Shown here: positions 50,273-62,990 of the stretch, in pieces | Layout: every line of letters starts with the position of its first letter | Numbering within the stretch: the stretch's first letter is position 1 | Assembly (NCBI RefSeq): GCF_006345805.1 | Contig: NC_043005.1 | Location: 56,172,001-56,236,000 of the forward strand | DNA length: 64,000 nucleotides | Origin: Octopus sinensis | Lineage: Eukaryota | Direction of reading: 5' to 3' | The notes under the pieces: model-generated | Told to the model about the DNA's origin: nothing | Databases searched by the model: none | Seen by the model: the letters and a program-made list of their open reading frames with translations, nothing else | Made by a program: the position numbers and the translations under genes

Positions 50273-50492
50273 CCCTTTAGCATTCAGATTATTCTGCCAA
50301 ATGTAAAGCTTATTTATTCACATTGTTTTGAATTAATCATGGCTTATCTTGTAGCTTTGAGATTTTGATGATTTGATTGTTTACTTTTAGAATTACATTG
50401 TAAAGTAAGTGTAAGAGGCCGGATCTGGCCAGTTTGAAAATAAAATATGTAAGATATTTATGCCAGATATGATTGGTTTAAATACTAAAAAG
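50273..50492. mobile_element. piggyBac-type MITE, family 2
   Basis: TTAA|CCCTTTAGCATT start and decayed aatactaaaaag end. Internal gtgtaagaggccggatctggccagtttgaa. Confidence 0.7.
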
Positions 50493-53064
50493 AAACTACA
50501 GAATGAGGATGGCTTGTTTCTTTTCTTTCATTTTGTTGTGTGGATACCCCCAGACGATGAAGTAAGCTAGTCCAATATGTAGATATAGAGGGAGAAGTCT
50601 AGATGTCAAGAAGTTGAGTAGAGGTCATCCAAACGTGCGATATAACAGTGACGACAAGGATTTTGGAGCTCACACAGCCACTGTGTTGTATTGCGATATA
50701 ACACATTTACTGCTTTAAATAGTTGCATTGTTTCTAAGCTAAGGTACTGCTTTCAAGGTACTACTGTGTTGTTAATTGTATAAACCTCTGTGCTAGTACT
50801 TTTTAGATTTGTTAGAAGTATGAAAAGTAAAGGTCACTTCTAACTATTCCTTTGTAAAATAAAATAAGAACTGTAATCGAACAAGCAGATTCAGGTATAT
50901 GGTGTTATGTGCCTTGTCTACAAGTGCATCACATTGCTTATAACAAAGTTAGAAGTCGTGCTCTTGTAGCCAGGAATTTGATTCAGAAATACCATATTTT
51001 CCAGAATACAAGTTGATGTTGTATATAGGGTAAACAAGTACTGTAAATATTCAGACATTGTCTATTTTTCCAAATCCTGTTGCATTTCACATGGAATTTT
51101 TGGACCTCCTTCATGTATAAGTTGGCCCACCTTATTTATTGTAAATTTTGGTCTGAAAAATTTAACTTGTATGACAGAAAATACTATAGTAATGTTTTGT
51201 TCCTAGCTGAACCCTAAACTTTATCATGCTTATAGAACTAATGTCAGCTTATTAAAAAAAAAAACCCTTTGATGTATCATAAATAATCTCTGATAAACAA
51301 CTACTACTGGGATTTCATATTCAGAGATGTAATCTCCCACTTATGCATACATTCCTGTATACTCAGATCAAAACACATGAATGCATGCACGAACACATTA
51401 TATGATCACTTGCCAACATAAATATACATCACACAACATGATCAAACACACATAGATACTTTCATGTGCATGTGTGTAAGCACACACATGCACGCACACA
51501 TACACACACCGGATCATCCAATAAATGTTATTTCCATATGCAGATTTAAAATAACAAAAATGTCACGGTTTTTATAATAATTTTTTCTGATTTATACTCT
51601 GAAGGACAACCTGGAATATTCAGGAACTGCTCAATGTCACATTTTAAGACAAACATCTACAGGCAAAAGTGAAAGCTGTTGCTTCACAACCTTGTGGTTT
51701 TCGGTTCAGTTCCGTTTCACAGCACTTTGGATTGTTGTTTTCCACTTCTACTGGCGCTTCAAGCCATCTAATGTCTTGTGAGTGAATTTGGTAGATGAAA
51801 GCTACATGGAAACTCATAGTATGTGTATGTGTGTTTTATATTGCTGTATCATCACACCTCGTGTAATAGTGTAATAGTCCAGCAAAACTGAAACTGATAG
51901 AGTGAGCACCAGACTTAAAATAAGTACTGGAATAGGTTTGATTGACTAAAAACCTTTCAAGATGATGCTGTCAGAATAGTTGCTGAGATATGACTGAAAT
52001 ACGTAGGAGATAAACTGATAGCCCGTTTTTTTTATTTGGGTTTTTTTTTTTAATATTTTCCTAGTTTAACTACTGAAGGCCAGTGGAAGCAAAAAAAAAA
52101 AACTAGTAGTTTTCAGTTAAACCCCAGTTTGTTCTCAGTTCAACTTTCACTCTTATTTCTTTGCTTTTAGTCTATCCAAGGTTAATAAAATAAGTCCCAA
52201 TCAGAGTATTTTGGCTGGTATAATAAACTAAAAATAAAATATAATAAAAAAAAAAAGACAACTCAAACACTAGTAAAAGAATGAAAGAATAAAGCATGTT
52301 CTTCTCTCGTGGAAATAGTTATGTAAGGATTCGATCCCCATCCACTAGGCCATAGCTATCAGAGCCAAAAATTAGAGCTAATAGTCTACAAGGTATTTTC
52401 AACCACTCTGGTCACATAACTTCACGCAATGACTCAACACCAGCAGCTTATGTTGAATGTAGTAAAACTATTCAAGTCTTAATATGCATAGAGAGGCAAG
52501 CCCTAACATGCTAATTAATCCATAGCTGGGATCTTGACTCCTAGCTGAGATCTACTACTCTGGGTCAGAGAAGACCTGAGAATAGTAGTGGCTAAGAGGT
52601 GGTTTAACACTCCTCAAAACCCTGCAGCTTTCAAACCAGGGCCTCAATATTGGATGCAGTTTACTGTCATACTCAAGACAGTCATAACCCAACAGCAATA
52701 TCTATCTATAAGACATAAGGAACAAACTGAACAGTGGAATACATGTCCAATCCATTCTGCTGCATTACAAATGATTAACCACAGCATTCTGGAACATATA
52801 GTATGGTACTCAGCTAAGCAAAAGCATGGTACACCTTGATTTATAGATTTGTGAGTAACACCTAGTTGTTTTGGGTGACTTCTTGAGTGTGATAGGTCTG
52901 TGAACAGAGCTTCCTCGATGTTACACTGGTGTATTTGGGTGAGTGTCTGAATCTTGGTTGTTACAGTCATGTTTCAGTTGTTGTCCCTTCTGGCTTTTTT
53001 CAGGTGCTTTTTGCATTCACTGGTATTCTTAGAATTTGGAATTGAACCCTTTTATCTCTTTATT

Positions 53065-53446
53065 TTTTAACTTGTTTCAGTCATTAGACTGTAGCCATGC
53101 TGGGGCACTACCTTGAAGGGTCTTTAGTCGAATGGATAACCCCAGTACTTATGTTATTTTTAAGCCAGTCACTTATTCTATCATTCTCTTTTGCCAAACT
53201 GTTGAGTTACAGGAATGTAAACACACCAACACTAGTTGTCAAGCAGTGGTGGGGGACAGACAGACAGACACACACGCATATCTATGATGGGCTTCTTTCA
53301 GTTTCCATCTACCAAATCCGCTCACAAGGCTTTGTTCAGCCCAAGGCTATATTGGAAGACACTTGCCAAAATTGCCATGGCTTGGCACTGAATTTGCAAC
53401 CATGTGGTTCAGAGGCAAACTTTCTACCACACAACCATACTTGCAC
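53065..53446 (-). mobile_element. tRNA-derived SINE family A, full length, antisense
   Basis: Reverse complement of the family consensus seen at 58302-58688. Confidence 0.8.
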
Positions 53447-53560
53447 TCTTTGTTAAATCTGCAAAGGCAGATTGTTCTCATTTCACTGTCTTTACCAGGA
53501 ATATTCTCATTGGTTATTTTACTACTTGTGATGTTGTTAGTTCATTACACTTCAACCAGA

Positions 53561-54546
53561 ATATATATATATAAAACTGAGAATGTGTGTCTGTCTGTGT
53601 GTTTCTCTAAAACTTGAGAACTACACAACCAATTTCATTCAAATTTTACACATGCCTTACTTGCCTAGAGCGAGCCCATAGCAATATCATATCTTCTCCA
53701 CTATTTCAGTATTATGAGTTAAAAGTGAAACAAAAACATTTCTCTATTTTATGTCAGATACTTTCACTTTAACAATAAAAATAATAATAACAATTGAATT
53801 ATATGTAGTAAGTAATAATTAAAATCAAACTAAAGTATAATATAATCGTAACATAACAAAGTAAAAATAGCAATTGGTATAAAATTGCATCAATGACTTG
53901 AGCTTGAATAAGTGGTTTCACATGAATGGGAATAAATTAAAAATAAAACTAGCGTGCAGAAATGGAATAGTCCAGATGGATAATAAAAAATTAAATTAAA
54001 GAAAAGACTATTGTCTATAAAGTATACAATGTAGAGAAAAAAGAAGATTTGAACACCTGGAGGAAAGCACCATCGAAAAGTGTCTTGGTGTGACTATGAA
54101 AGATATCTAACCAGAGGCGGTAAATTCGCCACAATAGAAGCAAGGTTCGAGTCAACGGAGCGTGCAAGAGAGTACTCGACTCGAACTTGCAAAGTGGAAA
54201 TATTTTATTTTTACCTTTATATCTGGGACGTAGGACGTACCGGATAAGAATTTTAAATGCCCCCCTCCACCCCAGAAGTTGAGGTAGGCTGAATTGTAGC
54301 CACACTTCTATACAAGAGGGGGGACAAGATACAATTGATCAAAATAGCAAGAGACGGGCTTACAATTCCAGTCTGTTATATATTTTGAGTATTGTTATCA
54401 CTAGCGATATCAAGATATAACTTTGTATTTTGTATTTTATGTGTAGATGTATATATATAGATGTACATGTAATATGTACACATATATGTACACATATATA
54501 CATGCACTAGCACTATGACCTGGCAACGACGGGTCTTTAATGCTAG
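53561..54546 (+). mobile_element. Non-autonomous Helitron, about 985 bp, containing a foreign fragment
   Basis: The 5' end atatatatatataaaactgagaatgtgtgtctgtctg matches the family 5' end (TC decayed). The 3' end is the hairpin gacctggcaacgacgggtc followed by CTAG|T (54543-54547). Confidence 0.7.
54001..54305 (+). pseudogene. Decayed coding remnant, probably non-LTR retrotransposon ORF1 (RRM-like region)
   Basis: Frameshifted segments EKTIVYKVYNVEKK / FEHLEESTIEKCLGVTMKDI / GGKFATIEARFESTERAREYSTRT / LQSGNILFLPLYLGRRTYRIRILNAPSTPEVEVG*IVATLLYK. GC is higher than in the flanks. Family assignment is from memory and unverified. Confidence 0.45.
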
Positions 54547-55716
54547 TATATATATATAGCTGAACTTACACAGGAATTAAATTCCTGTCCACTGGTTAAT
54601 CTGTTACAGTTTAACATTTGATGCTTATATTCACTCTTGCATTGTCTCTTATGACAAGTAGATAATTAAAGTTTGAGACTTTAAACCTAACTTTAAGAAA
54701 TTTGGACAGCTCTCTTAGAATTACACAACCCCCACCACAAAGGACATTTCATGTACACTCTCTAAAAGATGGAAAAAAAAATAATTAGAGCTCAGTGTTA
54801 GTCTATGATGAGAATATGTACAGTTCCTCTGATACTCACTTTCATTACTCTTGTAAGTACAGATATGGCCACATTAAGAAGTTTACTTCATAACCACTTT
54901 CACTTAGATCCACTCCCTCTTAGGCCAGTGCCTTCTATTACAGCATAGAGGCCATTATTTTCTTTTGTGTGTGTGTTGTCATTTCTACTTTTCACACAAG
55001 ATCATCTAAGTAAAACAGGTGTTGTCATGTTTACATTGCTATTGAACATATCCTGTAGCTCTACACTCTCAAAGTATTGGAATAAAAAAAAATCTCTTTG
55101 TAAAACAGGTAAGGGCTGACAACAAGAACATTCAACTATATATAAAAAAAAAACCCTGCCTCAAGTAAGCACCCATCCAACTTAAGCTGGAATAAAAAAA
55201 AAAAAAACATGTACAGATGAACAAATAAACAAACAATACATGACCGAATTGTAGGAAATATAACATGGGATAATAGTGATTAATTGAGTCTTTGGGCCAT
55301 TCCATTAGCAGTCATAGAACATCTTTAAATGTACTTGATAACAGATCATTATGGATGTTAACAGAGCATTCAGCTGTTGGATGCTTTGTTGCTAAGTCCT
55401 GTCAGACTGTTAATGACCAGAGACCTTTTGTACCATCTTTGGTAGGTTCACTACATACAGAAGCTCTGAAATGCCTCATGTGGTTGTTGTAGTCCCAAAG
55501 CAATACATACCATATGTATTCCTTTGTTACTGTGATGTTAATGAAGCTTTCAGTTTGATCAATAAATGACAATAGTTATCATCATTATCATAAAATCTTA
55601 TTAACAAGTAGCAAGATATGACAACACGCCCTCCTCTGCATATAGCCTTTAGATAATGAACACTTGACAGTATTATGTAAACCAACTTTACTTAAGAGAT
55701 GCTTTTATATACATCA

Positions 55717-55783
55717 TACACACACACACACACATGTATGTATGTATGTATGTATGTATGTATGTATGTATGTATGTATGTAT
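55717..55783. repeat. (CA)n-(TATG)n microsatellite
   Basis: Direct reading. Confidence 0.95.
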
Positions 55784-56274
55784 GGTAAGCTGGGGTTTAC
55801 TTTTACCTCAACTCCAAATAAAAACTATATAAATTCTACTTGATGTATATTGAGTACAGTATATGTTTGAGTATGCTTTCCTTTTCATTTACATGCACAT
55901 AAACATACACACACTCACACATCTACGCACACACACACATCTATGCTTGCACACACACCCATCTCTACACAACCCCGTCTATACACAGACCTACACACAC
56001 AAATGCTTGTTTAATGGGTTTATGTATTTGATGCATTAAACATTCACTTATTGAAGGACTCAAAATAATATTTAATATTAATAGTGACTGTTAACATTGA
56101 AGTTACTCTATTAATAATGAAAAGCCATTATGTGCTTCAAATATCATAAATTATTTTGGCACGTCTCTAAAAGTTATAGATGGGTCAAGTTGACGGAATT
56201 GAAACAAGTAGGTGTCTTGTATTTATTTGATTGATTTGAACTCAGAAAATAAACATGCTGTTGTTATTGTTTAA

Positions 56275-56450
56275 CCTTAAGTCAGCCTTGATGTTAAAAC
56301 CATTCCAGTCATGACCATCTTGTCTTTGATTCAGACTACATAATCCAAATTGGTCCTTTTTTTTCTTTTAGACAATAGGGTGTGATTTGAGGGATGTTTG
56401 GTTAGTTTTTCTTGCCAGTCAGGTAATCCTATAGAGGCTGTCTCAGTGGC
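56275..56450 (+). repeat. Headless short interspersed repeat family D (gagggagatttggctgctatttctagcagg hallmark)
   Basis: Representative copy. Related copies at about 9580-9720, 11935-12080, 26865-27070, 30575-30740, 34900-35010 and 46855-47020 (+), and 2640-2760, 14570-14635, 15520-15640, 24840-25050, 28030-28250 and 48697-48790 (-). Confidence 0.65.
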
Positions 56451-56728
56451 TCAATAAACTGATATAATTAAATGATGCAAGGCATTCAAATTAGTACGTC
56501 ACTCTTTCTACTTTCAGTATTCATTTCTTTATAAATAACTTCCTTTTAGGAGACACACTTCTTCAAGACTGCAATTTTTCTTAATCATTGCAGTTTTAGC
56601 ATTGGAAACAACCAGATTAAGCACATTACAGCATCATGCTTTTGTGGCTATCTAGCAAAAACAGTTCATAGATAATCTATTTTTAACAGACACACTTGCA
56701 CTAGATTTTGACAGCATTTACTAGGCTG

Positions 56729-56763
<35 letters not shown>

Positions 56764-56764
<1 letters not shown>

Positions 56765-57065
56765 TAGCAATATCGCCCGGCGTTGCTCGAGTTTGTAAGG
56801 GAAATAACTATATAAGCATTTTTAGAGAGTTACTTTCCTTATATAATAGCAAAAAGATGCATTAAAAATGGAAAAAAATGATGGTAAATTTTTTTTTAAA
56901 TCGTAGACTCATTGTAGACACGCGCTAATACCCAGAAGCGCTCGATATGAATCATGACTATAAGATATCCGCTTTTGGTTAAACTGCACCGCAAAATGTG
57001 GAAGTAGTTAGGAATCTAAATCGTAGGAGACAGACACCACACAACTTTTCTTTTATATATATAGA
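56764..57065 (-). mobile_element. Non-autonomous Helitron, 302 bp, intact termini
   Basis: The minus strand begins A|TCTATATATATAAAA and ends with a GC hairpin (cgagcaacgccgggcg) followed by CTAG|T. No target-site duplication. CpG-rich, so probably young. Confidence 0.85.
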
Positions 57066-58301
57066 TATATATATATCACCCATCTATCTAGAAGCCGTTG
57101 TTGCTTTAGTTTGTGGTGATAAAGTGATTAATTACTGCTGGAGTGTTTTACAAAAGTATAACTTATCCAATGTCATTAAGATGTTCTTAAATCAAGTGAA
57201 GTATAATTCTGAACAAGAAAATCATCTTAAGTGTGTAATACATGTTTCACTTTGCTCAGTTGTCATAATCTTGCATGTCTCTTGCTAATTAAACTAATAA
57301 CTATTCTGTTCAGCTTACTATTTATATCTAATATCCCATTCTTAATATGTTTCTAATAGGATCTATCAGTGGAAAGTATCTCTGATGTATTTTAATCAAT
57401 TTACTGATGTGTTGATACTATAAATTGTGCATACATTTGGCAACAGTTCCAGAATAGAGGTTAACCTTTGATAAGCTAAGACTACTATATGATTTCAATT
57501 CACAAGTGAAGCTATTTAACTTGTTTTCGAAATGTTCTTGAGAAAGGCATCAGCTGCATGCAATCTTATTTCTCATTTGTCTATATATCTAAGACAATAT
57601 TTCTATGCAAGAAGTCAATATTTTGTTAGTGTCCCTTAATGCCATAATTTGATGTAAACATCACAAAACATCATTTCTCATTCCTTTCACAATTTAGTCC
57701 ATGTGATCAATAAATTAAGTGTCCTTTTAGCTCCAAACTTCATTGCATGAACACTCATACCATATTTTCTTCCCTTATATCTTACAATGTCTTTAGGGTT
57801 ATTATTCTGAGACAGATCACCATAATTGTTATCGTTATTGCTGTGACTTTCCTGGCAGCATTGCAAAAGCAATTAAATTACTTTTATTTGATGAAAGAGC
57901 AGAAAATTTCTATTGCCAAATTCATCTCTAGTTATTATATTTTCTCATTGATTAGTTCATGCAGTATTATCATATGATATGCTATATCTATTTTTGGTAT
58001 TATGGATTTTCAATGGATCTTAATTGTTCTGCAGTTTGGATTAAATGGAAACAAATAGATTCAATCTCAGCTTGTAATAATAGACTGAAACTGTTTTATA
58101 CTTATTGTACACTACCAGAAAATGCCAAATGCCATCATAAAAGGATCCTGATGAATAGAATATGTGGCCTGAATTTTAAACCTGGCTGTAGTTCACCTCA
58201 TTTTTCTTAAAATGATACTTCTATGAATGGAATGAATGCTTCACAATCTCATTTTTCTTTCACCTATTAATCCAAGTCCATGACATTAGGGTACAGGAAA
58301 T

Positions 58302-58688
58302 AGGAGTGGCTGTGTGGGAAGTAGCTTGCTTGCGAACCTCATGGTTCCAGGTTCAGTCCCACTGCATGGCACCTTGGGCAAATGCTTTCTACTATAGCCT
58401 CAGGCCGACCAAAGCCTTGTGAGGGGATTTGGTAGATGGAAACTGAAAGAAGCCTGTCGTATATATGTATATATATATATGTGTGTTTGTGTTTGTCCCC
58501 CCAACATCACTTGACAACCGATGCTAGTGTGTTTGTCCCTGTAACTTAGCGGTTCGGCAAAAGAGACCGATAGAATAAGTACTAGGCTTACAAAAGAATA
58601 AGTCCTGGCGTCAGTTTGCTCAACTAAAGGTGGTGTTCCAGCATGGCCACAGTCAAATGACCAAAACAAGTAAAAGAGTAAAAGAGTA
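58302..58688 (+). mobile_element. tRNA-derived SINE family A, full length
   Basis: Colinear with 36856-37264. Confidence 0.85.
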
Positions 58689-60608
58689 TGTGATTAAAAA
58701 GATTGGTTCACAATCATGCAGTTTCAGATTCGATCTTGCTACATGACACTTGGGGCAAAAATTTCCTACTAAAGCCCTCTTTGGAAGCTTGCTGCCCAAA
58801 TTGTAGTTATTCTGGGGACAGTATATTTAATCCATAGCCCTGTTTAAGTCCCATATGGCTAATGGGTGTCATTAATGGATTCTACTTTATTTCGAGCATC
58901 GGACATTGTCTTTTATTTCTTCCTCCTTTTCTGCCATCAGTCTTTGATGTCCTGCAAAACAGTCACAGAAATAGGTCTTCCTGTTTTTGACTAGGCTATA
59001 AAACTCTAAAACTGTATAAATCATACTACTAGAAAAAATGCGAAGCTCTAACTAGTGGTTTCTTAATACAGATTCATTTCATGCTTTCTTCCAAATTAGA
59101 TCTAACATCCCCAGGGCTTAAATCTTAACTTATATAAACTCATTAACCCTTTTATTTCATACTTATATCTACTTTAACAAATTGAGATTTTATGTATTAT
59201 GATATAATTTTAGTAGAATTGAAATGATATTTTACTCTCCATAATGAACCTCACCACACAAATCTATTTACAAAGTCAAGAGGACCCTATTAAGAACATG
59301 ACAACCTCTTCAGTAGTGATACATGATAAACTGCATCTCGTACACTTTGTAAAGTATTTGGTGTTGAGAAGTGCACCCAGCTGTAGAAACCATGTCAAAA
59401 ACAGAATACATGAGCAAGATATGGCCCCTTAGCTCATCTAGGAGGGCAGTAACTATGACTAAGAATTTACACATGCTAGTAGTATGTAATGGGCACACAC
59501 TGATGATGACAACAAAGAAAGATGACCATGACAACATGCTGTTGATATTTATTCAGTTTAGACACAAATCAGAAGCGTTCAGTTTAAATTTTTGATATTC
59601 AGAAATTTAAGGAGGATTTTGATTCAGGTATATCTTCTGCTGATAGCATATATACTGATTTACCAATTAGCAGAATCATAAGTATTTTTATCATTTTGAT
59701 TAGATGGCATGTGAATGATGGTAAGTTAGAATCTCAGTCTTAATACAGTCTGAGAGCCTCTGACAAGTGTGAACAGGACGTCCAAGAGAAATTTAACGAA
59801 GCAAAACATGACTGCTTTCAGGCCTTGGGAAGGAATGTCATCTTAGTAGTCAAAGGGGCTGTGAGATTTCTTTAGAATGAGAGCCTGACAGATTGTCACT
59901 GGCCCCTTTTGGACTCTTCAGGCCCTGTACCAGCTGAACACACTTCTTAAAGGCCTTCATCTTCTTTCTTTTTTTCTCTGGCTGTTTGAAAGAAAATCTA
60001 TATAGAAGTATGATTAGATAATCTATACCTTTAGGTAATTGTGTATAATTTCTCCAGTTCTGTAAATTCTGCCATCTTTAATATATATCATCCCAGCTGT
60101 CGTATCTTTACAACCTTCTGTTGTTTGAATTGAGAAATTGCCTTCATTATTTTTATTTTACTTTCATTTCAGTGCTTGGAATTTTCTAACTTAAAGATTT
60201 GTGATTTGTTGTGTAACACTTTATATTCTTAAACATGATGACGACAACAACAACAACAACAACAAGGGCAAATAACCTCAGTTTACATTACATTACATTT
60301 GTGGTTTAGTTTTACTGCAGTGACAGTAAAGATCCAATTTTCCTTCTTCTGCGAAGAGATTAATGCCAGTAATGGCAACATTTCTAAAAGCTTCTATTCT
60401 GGCTATGTCAATAAGCAATAAAAGGGAATAAAATTAGCACAGCTACAGATGCAATGTCATGTGTTATGATTATGTTTGGTATATCAAATAGATGTATTTC
60501 CTAAGAGAGTTCCCAGTAATGTCTAACTATAGAAAAAATTAAACCCAAGCACACAATATATTGTCTGCTCTAGGAATCACCCCCTCTGACCTTGCAATCA
60601 TGTATCCA

Positions 60609-60647
<39 letters not shown>

Positions 60648-61864
60648 AAATCAAACACATAACAGGGTGTGTTGTTAGCTCATGGGTTTGTATAACATGT
60701 TTATATTCCTCGGGCTGCTTCTAATTCATGTGTGTTTGTGTGTGTGTGTGTGTGCGTGTGCGCACTAAAGGGACTTTTGAATCAATCTGTATACTATTTG
60801 TATGTGGTGTCAGTATTAGTTCAGCCAGCTATTCAAATTATAAATAAATTAAAATACAGCTTATTAATTAGATGGTTGAAAACAGTTTCAGAGAACATTT
60901 TGACTTTCTTGATCTTTTCACTCAGAGAAGACATGGAAGTCATTCCTTATTAATCATTTTTTTATTACATGAGATAACAGCAGAGATGTCAAAACAACCA
61001 ATATAAATTTGATAGAATCAAAATGTTTACCTTTAAATCTGATTTATAACGAAAAAATAAAGTATAAATATCTATGATTTGTTTTATTCATACAACTGTC
61101 ATTATCAATGACAGTTTTATGAATAAAATTGCTGTTTTATTCTTGGAAAATGAACTGTGATAAATTTTATTCACATATTTGAAATCCTCCACAACTCCCC
61201 ATAATTAGGAGAAAGAAACATCCAGTTAAAGTAACTATGAGAAGTATATTTTGATTTCTGTTTACCAACTCAGAACACTAAACTCCAAAGGCATTAGTAA
61301 CTTTCCTTGGTGTTCAGAAAATGGTAAATAGTTTACAAGTGTGATAGATGCTCTAGGAGTAATGCTAAATTGGATAGTTATTGAAATACTGTCAAACTCA
61401 GATACTATAAATGGTCTGAGTCCATGAAATGCAGCAATTCATTAATTTAAAATCGTATCTATGTTCATTAAGTGACCTTCATCATTTCAAAATACATTAA
61501 TTTTATAAATTTATCATTATTTAAATCTATAGGAATTCTATTCTTATAATACGCATAATATATGCACACATTTATTTATAAAACATCAATAAATCTGATC
61601 TCAATCAGTAACTAATTATCATTAAAATTTAATGATGATGATGATGATGAAAATAATAATGCTGATTCATAGGATTCATTTGTCATAGAAACTTCCTGTT
61701 GATCAATAGCTCAAGAATTGGTTCTGTTTGAATGTCAAGACAATCTCTTTGTAACTATTTGGTTTCTAATATCCATTTTATAATGTGAAGTGAAAAACAA
61801 AGCAAAAACAAATAACAAAATTTTGAACAAATTGAAAATTATTTCCTATTTTTCTGTGTTGTAG

Positions 61865-62023
61865 GTCAGACTTGTTACAATCGTCAAAGAAGCTGATGAA
61901 GGACTCGGTTTAAGTGTAAAAGGTGGTGCTGAACACAAATTACCAGTTCTTATCTCCCGTATTGTGAAAGGCCTTGCTGCTGATCGATCTGGTCAACTAT
62001 TCGTTGGGGATGCCATTTTAAAG
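61865..62023 (+). CDS. SNTG1: Gamma-syntrophin-like gene, PDZ-domain exon, phase 0/0, 53 aa
   Basis: Acceptor ...tttttctgtgttgtag|GTC and donor AAG|gtaact. Translation [53 protein letters not shown] has the syntrophin PDZ signature GLGLSxKGGxEHxxPxxIS...AxxSGxLFxGDAIL. The intron to the previous exon is 48662-61864 (13,203 bp). The gene continues beyond the window. Confidence 0.93.
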
Positions 62024-62190
62024 GTAACTGCTTCTAAATATCTACATTGCCACTCGTCAATTATTATTTTTCAGTCTTAAATATATCTACAGTACTTCAC
62101 AGAATATACATGTATATTCAAACAAAATCTGATAAAAGATTTGGAAAACTTAAGAATATATTTAAAAAAAAACAAAGCAAAGCAAATAGA

Positions 62191-62328
62191 CATAGGCATG
62201 GCTGTGTGCTAAGAAGTTTGGTTCCAGACCACTTGGTTCCAGTTTCAGTCCCACTGCATAGCACCTCAGGTAAATGTCTTCTACTATAGGCCTGAGCTGG
62301 CCAATGTCTTGTAACTGAAAGAAATCCA

Positions 62329-62362
<34 letters not shown>

Positions 62363-62580
62363 GTGCACATGTGTTTGTGTTGTATTTGTCCCCTACCACT
62401 GCTTGACAACCAGTGTTGGTTTGTTTAAGTCCACTGTGACTTAGCAGTTTGTCAAAAGAGACCTATAGGATGGATTACCAGGCTTAAAAAGTAAGTGCTG
62501 TGATCATTCTGTTTGATTAAAACCCTTCAAGCAGTGCTCCAGCATGACCACAGTAATCACATAAACAAGTAAAAGGTAAC
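62191..62580 (+). mobile_element. tRNA-derived SINE family A, full length
   Basis: Colinear with 36856-37264, more decayed. Confidence 0.8.
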
Positions 62581-62894
62581 ATAAAAATGCTTACTAAAGG
62601 ATCATTTCAGTGTAATTCAACAAATGTCTGTCATGAAAGTTCTTAAATTTTCCTCGTTTATTGGTAACTATTGAAAGGAGCATTTGCAAGGGAAGTCATC
62701 GCTCCCATCTCTAGCCTTACGGGATACTCACAGACCTAGGTTTCTGGATGTTTTCATTCCTCAGTGTGAGACAGCTGAGGGCTAAAACAACAGTAACATC
62801 GTACTTTATAGGACTGCCACATTCTGTTGGCATATAAACATTACTATCCAGTACTGTTACTGTATATCTCTCACTCAGAGATTTAAATCAAGTT

Positions 62895-62917
62895 CTTTCT
62901 CTCTCTCTCTTTCTCTC

Positions 62918-62985
<68 letters not shown>

Positions 62986-62990
62986 CATAC
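62895..62990. repeat. (CT)n-(AT)n-(ACAT)n compound microsatellite
   Basis: Direct reading. Many other (TA)n, (CA)n, (CT)n and (GAT)n tracts occur throughout the window. Confidence 0.95.

Noticed and set aside
55781-55789. ATG|gtaagc donor-like site
   Set aside because: Created by the end of a (TATG)n microsatellite, downstream of the first identified coding exon, with no acceptor.
59895-59921. Minus-strand CTGAAGA-GTCC-AAAA-GGGGC hammerhead-like half
   Set aside because: Not followed by GAAA and no helix III or I.
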